Shown one piece after another: positions 53,151 to 64,000 of a stretch of 64,000 nt of DNA (position 1 is its first letter; each line of letters starts with the position of its first letter). The stretch covers positions 51,345-115,344 of the forward strand of contig MCFE01000245.1 in the NCBI GenBank assembly GCA_002104905.1, given 5' to 3'. The stretch comes from Basidiobolus meristosporus CBS 931.73 (lineage: Eukaryota > Fungi > Basidiobolomycota). The notes beneath the pieces are model-generated. The model made no database searches. It was given only the letters and a program-made list of their open reading frames with translations, and was not told the DNA's origin. The position numbers and the translations under genes were made by a program.

Positions 53151-53543
53151 TATTTGTAAATACAGAATTTATAACAGGCTTTTCTGTTGGCTTTATCTTT
53201 AGGCACTGTTGTTCTGCTTCAAAGCCTGTATAATCTTCCACTGCTACTACATTGGAAATTGGCTCAATCCTGGTCTGTCTCATATAGCTGCTTGAGTTCC
53301 TTCTTTGCAGCAAAGTTACTGCATTCCCTACCTGGGGTACTGATTGCTCTACATGCGTTATCCACTCATCCTTGTCTCTGTATTGGTTCTGGATTTCTCT
53401 GTGCCATTGCATCTATCCCTCTGAAAAACAATTTGGTCCTGCAGGTGGATCCAGCCCAGATCAACTGTCAGAATCCCACAATGAGGCCATGATGATGCCA
53501 GTAGCTGATCTGACCATCTACATGTATGTGGTCATGATGTCTT

Positions 53544-53602
53544 TGTTGTAAGAGTCTTGGAGATATTGGAAGTGATTGGGAGGACAAGTAGATTATGTGG
53601 TT
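53544..53602 (-). mobile_element. Short inverted LTR-end fragment
   Basis: TGTTGTAAGAGTCTTGGAGATATTGGAAGTGATTGGGAGGACAAGTAGATTATGTGGTTT matches the LTR terminus. Confidence 0.85.
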
Positions 53603-53672
53603 TTTGTATTGTATCACTAATATCTACTTGTCTAGATCATCACTTCAATCTGGATATGAATTCTTGTGGATT

Positions 53673-53905
53673 TGTTGTAAGAGTTTGGAGATATTGGAAA
53701 TGTTTGGGAGAACAAGTAGATTATGTGGTTTTCACTTAATAATTTATTGAATGTGAAAGTAGTATTTATACTTTTACATGGTCCTGTCATTACAAACATG
53801 TAGAATAGGTTAGGGAAGGTCCCAAGAACATGTGTGCAAAGTTTGGGGCTGTTTGGACAACTTTGAGAATTCTCATGTTCTGGGTAAATATTCTAAGTAA
53901 ATCCC
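53673..53905 (-). mobile_element. Inverted partial LTR fused directly to the pol of copy A
   Basis: About 230 bp reverse complement of the LTR with a small internal deletion; joins TATTGACTCTGGAGC (protease IDSGAS). Confidence 0.9.
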
Positions 53906-53906
53906 C

Positions 53907-56900
53907 TATTGACTCTGGAGCTTCTCAACACTTTACACACCAAAAAGAACTTTTTACCCAATATCAAGAAATTCCAATTAAGAAGGCTTTCATGGGTGAC
54001 GGTAGAACACTTGATGCAGTGGGAGAAGGAACTATCCTAGTAAACCTAAGAAGCAGTGAAGGAAGCCATACACTGACTTTCAAAGAAGTACTCTATGAAC
54101 CAGAAATAGCCAAGAACCTACTATCTGTAAGCAAGGCCACTGCAGAAGGACTCAGTTTCAGCTTTGACAATTCTGGATGCAAGATCACTGATCAAAATGG
54201 TACCCATATTGCTTTGGATATCAGAGATCAGAATCTATACAACTTGACTTATATTCCATTGTATTTGGAAGCCAATATAAGTAACTTAAGCAAAGAAACA
54301 CCAATGCTTTGGCACAGGAGATTTGGGCACATCAATTTTGATTATTTGTGCAAAATGATCAAAGATCAGCTAATTTCTGGAGTAAAAATTGATCACCCAG
54401 CTAATTTGCAGCACTGTGAAGCCTGCATATATGTGAAACAAGCCAGACAACCATTCAAGAGCTCTGGGTTAATCAAAACTAAGAAAAAATTAGATCTAAT
54501 TCACTCAGATCTGTGTGGACCTGTGCAAAATTTATCCTTAGGCGGGATGAAGTATTTAATCACTTTTATTGATGATTATACAAGATACACATGGATCTAC
54601 TTCATGGAGAGAAAGGAAGAAGCTCTGTCTAAGTTCAGGGAGTTTAAAGCCATGGTGGAGAGAGAAACTGGTGAAAAAATCAAGAAAATACGCTCTGACA
54701 ATGGTGGAGAATATACCTCAAAACTCTGCATCCACTTATGCAAAATTCATGGGATAAAGCAAGAGACTACTGTACCATACTCCCCACAGCAAAATGGAGT
54801 AGCAGAACATGCTAACAGATCAATAATTGGTATGGCAAGATCTATGATCCATGATCAAAAATTATCCTATGATATTTGGGTGGAATCAGATGCACTGACG
54901 TATATCTTAAAGATGGGAGTTATAGCAGAATACTTTGTGATTCTACTCTGATTGAAGCATGGCATGGATACAGACTAAGTGCAGAACATCTAAGAATATT
55001 TGGGTGTACAGCATATGCCAAGAAACTGCCCGGAAATCAGTCAAAATTTGAGCCAAAAAGTGTAAAATGCATATTTTTGGGCTACTGCAATGAGAGTAAA
55101 GTATACAGACTCTACAATTCCAAAGCAAAGAAGCTAATCAAGTCCAGGGATGTGTTGTTTGATGAAAATTCAAAATTCTCACAAAAAATGACATCAGATA
55201 ATGACAAAAATCTGATGTCAAGTCCACCAATTGTCAGGATTGAATCAGAGCAAAACAGTGAAAATCTTTTCACTCCAGAGGACTCTACAACCATAGTTCA
55301 GCCAGAATCAGTGCCCAGGAATATCCCAGAAGTGATCATTTCAGTATCAAAAGCCCGGAGATCCAATTGGACAAGAAATAGCCCAAATTACTATATCAAT
55401 GAGGGTACAAACTTAGCCTATGCCTATTCAGTCCACATTGATGAACACCAGACTGTAAAAGAGGCCCTAAATAGCCCTCAGATGAAGTTTGGAGATCTAC
55501 AATGATTGAGGAATATCAGGCCCTGATGGAAAATCAAACTTGGGCCTTGGTCAAATTACCAATCAACCAAAATTTAATTGGATGCAGATGGGTCTTCAAG
55601 ACAAAATACAAGGCTGGTGGTACAATTGAAAGATACAAAGCAAGACTTGTAGCCAAAGGATACTCTCAAACAAAAGGACTTGACTATACTGAGACCTTTG
55701 CACTGGTAGCCAAGTTTAATTCCATCAAATTAATATTGGCTATTGCAGCCAAATATTAGTTTTTTATTCATCAAGTGGATGTAAGAGCTGCATTTTAGAA
55801 TGGGGAGCTTGATGAGGATGTGTATATGGACCAGCCTGATGGGTCTGTTGACTAAGATAACCCCCATTTGGTCTGCAAGTTCAAAAAGTTTCTATATGGT
55901 CTTAAACAATCACCAAGAGCCTGGAATTGGAAGATAGGTTTGTATTTGGAATCTTTGAGTTTCAAAAGGAGTAATGCTGACTATAGTATATACTACAAGC
56001 CAGATAGAGCAAATCCAGTTCTATTAGCTCTATATGTGGCTGATCTGATTATAGCCACCAATAACCTAGAATCATTGGAAGAGACTAAATCCAGCCTATC
56101 TAAGGAGTTCAAGATGTCCAATCTAGGAGAACTCAGTTACTACTGAGGGATTAGGTACTCCATAGACAGGACTACCCAGACTATTACCCTAAGCCAATCC
56201 AAGTATATTAATGATATACTAAAGAAGTACAAAATGGAAGACTGTAAACCAGCAGCTACCCCAATAGAGACAAACCTTAACTTGGTCAAAACTCAGCCAA
56301 ATCAAGAGAGCTTGGTGCCATCTGAAAGCCATGACTTTCCTTATCAATCTATGGTCAGCAGTCTGATGTATATCATGCTTGGAACATGTCCAGATATCTT
56401 ATATTCAGTGGGAGCTGTCAGCTAACATAATCAGAACTATGGATCTGATCATATTGCAGCCATTTAGCGGATTTTTAGATACCTAAAAGGAACTGCTGAT
56501 ATCTGCTTAAGATATACTTATAAGGATTCAGAACAGGATCTTGTGGAATACTCTGATGCTGATTGGGGACAAAACTTGGAAGACAGAAGATCCACCACAG
56601 GATACACCTTTCTTTACTGTAAAGGAGCAATCTCATGGAATTCAAGAGAGCAGCCAACCATGGCACTTTCTACCACAGAGGCAGAGTATATGGCAGCCTG
56701 TGAAGCTGCAAAAGAAGCAATGTGGTTGAGAAAGCTTTTTACAAATTTATGCCTATGTCAAAAAACACCTATTACTTTATTTCAAGATAATCAAGGATGT
56801 AAGCAATTAGGTAGAAATCCAACTTTTCATGCTAGAACCAAGCACATAGATATCAGATATCAGTTAATATGTGAAGCTATAGAGAATAACTTAGTTAGCT

Positions 56901-57372
56901 TAGCTTACTGTCCTACAGATGAAATGATTACAGATATATTCACCAAACCATTAGCCAGAGACAAGTGTGAATATCTTGGGTCAAAATTAGGACTAGTCAG
57001 TATGAGCATTTAGCTGAGTGGGAGTGTTGTAAAAATTTGTAATTCCACCTAAATACTCACCTAACTCAGTCACTTAGATTGTTATCTTCAAATCCTAGAG
57101 AATACTGACCAAATTCCATGTTGGGATTTACTTAGAACATTTTCACCAAAGTACCAGGTACCCAGAACATGGAAATTCTCAAAGTTGTCCAACCAACCCC
57201 AAACCTGCACACATGTTCTTGGGACCTTGCTTAATTTATTCTATGTGCTTGTTATGCCAAGACCAGGTAAAAGTATAAACACTACTTTTACATTCAACAA
57301 ATCACTAAGTGAAAATTACATAATCTACTTGTTCTCCCAATCACTTCCAATATCTCTAAGACTCTTACAACA
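53907..57372 (+). mobile_element. Ty1/copia copy A: 5'-truncated, degenerate PR-INT-RT-RNaseH, PPT and 3' LTR (57025-57372)
   Basis: [43 protein letters not shown] split across frames by stops and frameshifts. PPT GCTGAGTGGGAG then LTR TGTTGT...ACAACA. Confidence 0.93.
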
Positions 57373-57903
57373 AATATAAGGCCCTGAAACTTGTCTGTCA
57401 GGCTATGCAGGATGGCAACTATCACATCCTCATCAGTAGTTGGTATGCTCACAGATTCCATTTCATCTACCAGCAGGGAGATTCCGTTAATTAGATTTTT
57501 CATTTCTTCTCCTGGCAGCATCTTTGTAGTAAATTTTTTTTGTCTCAGATACATTTTCTTAGCAGCTGAACATGACTGGTAGGTGTCTTCTAATGCCTTC
57601 CAGGCATTCTTTGCTGTTTTTGTTCTTGAGCATTGAATTAGCAATTTGTCCTTAACATTAAGGCAAATGCAGTTACAGGCACCTTGTTCTTTCTTCTGGT
57701 ACTTTAAGGCTTCCTCTCCCAAGCTTTTAGGAGGGCATTCTTCTCCCATGACAATATCCCAAATGCCTCTTTCTTGTAGCAGCATCTTCATTTTCACCTC
57801 CCACACTTGGTAGCTAGTTCCATCCAACTTTTCAGCAGAGGGAAAAATTCCAGTAATAGCAGTAGTAGATACTGCAGAGAGTGAGAGCTTGGGGCTCATA
57901 ACC
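57373..57903 (-). mobile_element. Inverted 5' fragment of another copia copy (D): PBS, gag start codon and gag N-terminus
   Basis: Minus strand reads GGTTATGAGCCCC then MSPKLSL...EKLDGTSYQVWEVKMKMLLQERGIW...DKFQGL; clearly diverged from the overlapping gag of copy B. Confidence 0.9.
57892..57903 (-). other. Primer-binding site GGTTATGAGCCC complementary to the anticodon arm of initiator tRNA-Met
   Basis: Exact complement of GGGCUCAUAACC in fungal tRNA(iMet); the same PBS type as yeast Ty5 and Drosophila copia; preceded by CA. Confidence 0.85.
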
Positions 57904-60900
57904 TGCCCTCCTAAAAACGTGGGAGAGGAAGCCTTAGAGTACCAGAAGCAAGAACAAAGTGCCTTTAACTGCATTTGCCTTAATGTCAAGGACAAATTGC
58001 TAATTCAATGCTCAAGAGCAAAAACAGCAAAGAATGCCTGGAAGGCATTAGAAGACACCTACCCGTCATATTCAGCTGCCAAGAAAATATATCTGAGTAG
58101 AAAACTCTTTACTACAAAGATGCTGCCAGGAGAAGAAATGAAAAATCTAATTAACAGAATTACCATGCTGGTAGATGAGATGGAATCTGTGGGCATACCA
58201 ACTACAGATGAGGATGTGATAGTTACCATCCTGAATAGCCTGACAGACAAGTTTCAGGGCCTTGTATCAGCCCTAGAGTCCAGAACTGAAGATTTGACCT
58301 TAAATTACGTATATGGAAGGCTCCTGGATGAAGAATTAAGAAAATCAAGTGCCAATAAGAAGGAAGAAGAAAATGCTTTAATAAGCAATGATAACCAACA
58401 AAGAAGGTACCCAAGACCCTACAAAGGCAACAGCAACCTATTTTGCAACTACTGCAAAAGGAAAGGACACACATCAGACCGGTGTTTCAAAAAGAGAGAT
58501 TATCAGCAAAAGAAGCCTGAATATGGAAATGCTGCAACAACTGAAGATAGACTATTCATATCTGCACTAAATATGACCACAAACAAGGATTCTCAGACGT
58601 GGTATATTGACTCTGGAGCTTCTCAACACTTTACACACCAAAAAGAACTTTTTACCCAATATCAAGAAATTCCAATTAAGAAGGTTTTCATGGGTGACGA
58701 TAGAACACTTGATGCAGTGGGAGAAGGAACTATCCAAGTAAACCTTAGAAGCAGTGAAGGAAGCCATACACTGACCTTTAAAGAAGTACTCTATGTACCA
58801 GAAATAGCCAAGAACCTACTCTCTGTAAGCAAGGCCACAGCAGAAGGACTCAGTTTCAGTTTTAACAATTCTGGATGCAGGATCACTGATCAAAATGGTG
58901 CTCATATTGCTTCGGGCATCAGAGATCAGAACCTATACAAGTTGACTTATATTCCATCATATCTGGAAGCCAATATAAGTAACTTAAATGAAGAAACACC
59001 AATGCTTTGGCACAGGAGATTTGGACACATCAATTTTGATTATTTGCGTAAAATGATCAAAGATCAGCTAATTTCTGGAGTGAAAATTGATCCCCCAGCT
59101 ATTTTGGAGCACTGTGAAGCCTGCATATATGGGAAACAAGCCAGACAACCGTTCAAGAGCTCTGGGTTAATCAAAACTAAGAAAAAATTAGATCTAATTC
59201 ACTCAGATCTGTGTGGACCTATGCAAAATTTATCCTTAGGCGGGATGAAGTATTTAATCACTTTTATTGATGATTATACAAGATACACATGGGTCTACTT
59301 CATGGAGAGAAAGGAAGAAGCTCTGTCTAAGCTCAGGGAGTTTAAAGCCATGGTGGAGAGAGAAACTGGTGAAAAAATCAAGAAAATACGCTCTGACAAT
59401 GGTGGAGAATATACCTCAAAACTCTTCATCCACTTCTGCAAAATTCATGGGATAAAGCAAGAGACTACTGTACCATACTCCCCACAGCAAAATGGAGTAG
59501 CAGAACGAGCTAACAGATCAATAATTGATATGGCAAGATCTATGATCCATGATCAAAAATTATCCTATGATTTTTGGGCGGAATCAGTTGCCACTGCTGT
59601 ATATCTTAAAAATAGGAGTTATAACAGAATACTTCGTGATTCTACTCCATTTGAAGCATGGTATGGATACAGACCAAGTGCAGAACATCTAAGAATATTT
59701 GGGTGTACAGCATATGCCAAAAAACTGGCCGGAAATCAGTCAAAATTTGAGCCAAAAAGTGTAAAATGCATATTTTTGGGCTACTGCAATGAGAGTAAGG
59801 CATACAGACTCTACAATACCGAAGCAAAGAAGCTGATCAAGTCCAGGGATGTGTTGTTTGATGAAAATTCAAAATTTTCACAAAAAATGACATCAGATGA
59901 TGACGAAAATTTGATCTCAAGTCCACCAATTGTCAGGATTGAATCAGAGCAAAACAATGAAAATTTTTTCACTCCAGAGGACTCTACAACCGTGGTTCAG
60001 CCAGAATCAGTGCCCAGGAATATCCCAGAAGTGATCATTCCAGTATCAAATGCCCGGAGATCCAATCGGACAAGAAATAGCCCAAATTACTATATCAATG
60101 AGGGTACAAACTTAGCCTATGCCTATTCAGTCCATGTTGATGAACCCCAGACTGTAAAAGAGGCCCTAAATAGCCCTCAGACAAAGTTTTGGAGATCTGC
60201 AATGACTGAGGAATATCAGGCCCTGATGGAAAACCAAACTTGGGACTTAGTCAAATTACCAATCAACCGAAAATCAATTGGATGCAGATGGGTCTTTAAG
60301 ACAAAATACAAGGCTGATGGTACAATTGAAAGATACAAAGCAAGACTTGTAGCCAAAGGTTACTCTCAAACAAAAGGACTTGACTATACTGAGACCTTTG
60401 CACCGGTAGCCAAGTTTAATTCCATCAGATTAATATTGGCTATTGCAGCCAAATATAAGTTTTTTATTCATCAAATGGATGTAAAAACTGCATTTTTGAA
60501 TGGAGAACTTGATGAGGACGTGTATATGGACCAGCCTGATGGGTTTGTTGACCAAGATAACCCCCATTTGGTCTGCAAGCTTAAAAAGTCACTATATGGT
60601 CTCAAACAATCACCAAGAGCCTGGAATTGCAAGATAGATTCTTATTTGGAATCTTTGAGTTTCAAAAGAGGTAATGCTGACTATAGTAAATACTCTAAGC
60701 CAGATAGAGCAAATCCAGTTCTATTAGCTCTATATGTGGATGATCTTATTATAGCCGCCAATAACCTAGAAACATTGGAAGAGACTAAATCCAGCCTATC
60801 TAAGGAGTTCAAGATGTCCGATCTAGGAGAACTTAGTTACTACTTAGGGATTAAGTTCTCCATAGACAGAAGTACCCAGACTATTACCCTAAGCCAATCC

Positions 60901-62074
60901 AAGTATATTCAAGATATACTAAAGAAGTACAAAATGGAAGACTGTAAACCGGCAGCTACCCCAATGGAGACAAACCTTAACTTGGTCAAAACTCAACCAA
61001 ATCAAGAGAGCTTGGTGCCATCTGAAAGCCCTGACTTTCCTTATCAATCTATGGTCGGCAGTCTGATGTATATCATGCTTGGAACACGTCCAGATATCTC
61101 ATATTCAGTGGGAGTTGTCAGCCAACATAATCAGAATTATGGATCTGATCATATTGCAGCAGTTAAGCGGATTTTTAGATACCTAAAAGGAACTGCTGAT
61201 ATCTGCTTAAGATACACTTATAAGGATTCAGAACAGGATCTTGTGGGATACGCTGATGCTGATTGGGGACGAAATTTAGAAGACAGAAGATCCACCACAG
61301 GATACACCTTTCTTTACTGTAAAGGAGCCATCTCATGGAATTCAAGAAAGCAACCAACCGTAGCACTTTCTACTACAGAGGCAGAGTATATGGCAGCCTG
61401 TGAAGCTACAAAAGAAACAATGTGGTTAAGAAAGCTCTTTACAGATTTAGGCCTATGTCAAAAAACGCCTATTACTTTATTTCAAGATAATCAAGGATGT
61501 ATACAATTAGGTAGAAATCCAACTTTTCATGCTAGAACCAAGCACATAGATATTAGACATCATTTCATACGTGAAGCTATAGAGAATAACTTAGTTAGCT
61601 TAGTTTACTGTCCTACAGATGAAATGATTGCAGACATATTTACCAAACCATTAGCTAGAGACAAGTTTGAATATTTTAGGTCAAAATTAGGACTAGTCAG
61701 TATGAACATTTAGCTGAGTGGGAGTGTTGTAAAAATTTGTATTTTCCACCTAAATATTCACCTAACTTAGTCACTTAGATCATTACCCTCAAATCCTAGA
61801 GAATACTGACCAAATTCCTTGTCGGGATTTACTTAGAATATTTTCACCAAAATGCCAGGTACCCAGAACATGAAAATTCTCAAAGTTGTCCAAACAGCCC
61901 CAAACTTTGCACACATGTTCTTGGGACCTTCCTTAACCTATTCTACGTGTTTGTAATGCAAAGACCATGTAAAAGTATAAATACTACTTTTACATTCAAT
62001 AAATCATTAAGTGAAAACCACATAATCTACTTGTTCTCCCAATCACTTCCAATATCTCCAAGACTCTTACAACA
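57904..62074 (+). mobile_element. Ty1/copia copy B: uninterrupted gag-pol ORF (to 61713) missing only the gag N-terminus and 5' LTR; PPT; 3' LTR 61725-62074
   Basis: Zinc knuckle CNYCKRKGHTSDRC, protease IDSGAS, integrase D-D-E (SDLCGP, SDNGGEY, NGVAER), RT QMDVKTAFLNG and YVDDL, RNaseH DADW, EAEY, DNQG, ADIFTK, in PR-INT-RT-RH order. Confidence 0.97.
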
Positions 62075-64000
62075 TAAAGAAGTACTCTATGTACCAGAAA
62101 TAGCCAAGAACCTACTCTCTGTAAGCAAGGCCACAGCAGAAGGACTCAGTTTCAGTTTTGACAATTCTGGATGCAAGATCACTGATCAAAATGGTGCTCA
62201 TATTGCTTTGGGCATTAGAGATCAGAATCTATACAAGTTGACTTATATTCCATCTTATCTAGAAGCCAATATAAGTAACTTAAATGAAGAAACACCAATG
62301 CTTTGGCACAGGAGATTTGGGCACATCAATTTTGATTATTTGCGCAAAATGATCAAAGATCAGCTAATTTCTGGAGTGAAAATTGATCCCCCAGCTAATT
62401 TGGAGCACTGTGAGGCCTGCATATATGGGAAACAAGCCAGACAACCATTCAAGAGCTCTGGGTTAATCAAAACTAAGAAAAAATTAGATCTAATTCACTC
62501 AGATCTGTGTGGACCTATGCAAAATTTATCCTTAGGTGGGATGAAGTATTTAATCACTTTTATTGATGATTATACAAGATACACATGTATCTACTTCATG
62601 GAGAGAAAGGAAGAAGCTTTGTCTAAGTTCAGGGAGTTTAAAGCCATGGTGGAGAGAGAAACTGGTGAAAAAATCAAGAAAATATGCTCTGACAATGGTG
62701 GAGAATATACCACAAAACTCTTCATCCACTTCTGCAAAATTCATGGGATAAAGCAAGAGACTACTGTACCATACACCCCACAGCAAAATGGAGTAGCAGA
62801 ACAAGCTAACAGATCAATAATTGATATGGCAAGATCTATGATCCATGATCAAAAATTATCCTATGACTTTTGGGTGGATTCAGTTGCCACTGCTGTATAT
62901 CTTAAAAATAGGAGTTATAACAGAATACTTTGAGATTCTACTCCATTTGAAGCATGGCATGGATACAGACCAAGTGCAGAACATCTAAGAATATTTGGGT
63001 GTACAGCATATGCCAAAAAACTGGCCGGAAATCAGTCAAAATTTGAGCCAAAAAGTGTAAAATCCATATTTTTGGGCTACTGCAATGAGAGTAAGTCATA
63101 CAGACTCTACAATACCAAAGCAAAGAAGCTAATCAAGTCCAGGGATGTGTTGTTTGATGAAAATTCAAAATTTTCACAAAAAATGACATCAGATGATGAC
63201 AAAAATTTGATCTCAAGTCCACCAATTGGCAGGATTGAATCAGAGCAAAACAATGAGAATTTTTTCACTCCAAAGGACTCTACAACTGTGGTTCAGCCAG
63301 AATCAGTGCCCAGGAATATCCCAGAAGTGATCATTCCAGTATCAAATGCCCAGAGATCAAATTGAACAAGAAATAGCCCAAATTAATATATCAATGAGGG
63401 TACAAACTTAGCCTATGCCTATTCAGTCCATATTGATGGACCCCAGACTGTAAAAGAGGCCCTAAATAGCCCTCAGACAAAGTTTTGGAGATCTGCAATG
63501 ACTGAGGAATATCAGGCACTGATGGAAAATCAAACTTGGGACTTAGTCAAATTACCAATCAACCAAAAATCAATTGGATGCAGATGGGTCTTCAAGACAA
63601 GATACAAGGCTGATGGCACAATTGAAAGATACAAAGCAAGACTTGTAGCCAAAGGATACTCTCAAACAAGAGGACTTGACTATACTGAGACCTTTGCACC
63701 GGTAGCCAAGTTTAACTCCATCAGATTAATATTGGCTATTGCTGCCAAATATAAGTTTTTTATTCATCAAATGGATATAAAACTGCATTTTTGAATGGAG
63801 AACTTGATGAGGACATGTATATAGACCAGCTTGATGGGTTTGTTGACCAAGATAACCCCCATTTGGTCTGCAAGCTTAAAAAGTCCCTATATGGTCTCAA
63901 ACAATCACCAAGAGCCTGGAATTGCAAGATAGATTCTTATTTGGAATCCTTGAGTTTCAAAAGAGGTAATGCTGGACTATAGTAAATACTCTAAGCCAGA
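62075..64000 (+). mobile_element. Ty1/copia copy C: starts mid-protease immediately after LTR B, degenerate, runs off the window
   Basis: TAAAGAAGTACTCTATGTACC matches copy B at about 58779; premature TGA near 62931 and further stops and frameshifts. Confidence 0.93.

Noticed and set aside
53190-53500. Possible Gypsy RNaseH/integrase linker relic on the minus strand (DAMAQRNP, SSGRLYRL..RTTVPK), and ORF 52822-53412
   Set aside because: The resemblance is weak, and the ORF runs into inverted LTR sequence, so it is chimeric.

Overview
Gene-dense genomic DNA from an intron-containing fungus, probably an early-diverging lineage (Zoopagomycota or Mucoromycota; Basidiobolus-like is my guess and is unverified). 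Fungal markers are TIM54, a chitin synthase and an Spt23/Mga2-type factor. From 1 to 52.5 kb there are about 20 genes: a KDM5-family demethylase (3' part), an INPP5E-like 5-phosphatase, TIM54, RPL22, a PPR protein, KEX2, chitin synthase, two SulP/SLC26 sulfate permeases, RPL34, TOA1, a DHX35-like helicase, AGX1, an Spt23/Mga2-like factor, a TPR protein, PHB2, RPL18, an orphan ORF, RQC2/NEMF and FMN1. From about 52.9 kb to the window end is a nested, rearranged cluster of one Ty1/copia family. The first standout is a ~7.4 kb gene palindrome of two GC-rich, microsatellite-laden sulfate permease genes, near-identical from ATG to just before the stop (introns included) but diverged in the UTRs, which suggests ongoing gene conversion. 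The second is the copia cluster, which has a Ty5/Hemivirus-type half-tRNA(iMet) primer site, self-nested insertions, a head-to-head gag junction and a strong CpG-to-TpG/CpA decay signature. I recognised no tRNA, rRNA or CRISPR features. Exon boundaries were read by eye and are approximate; homology calls come from remembered motifs, not database searches.
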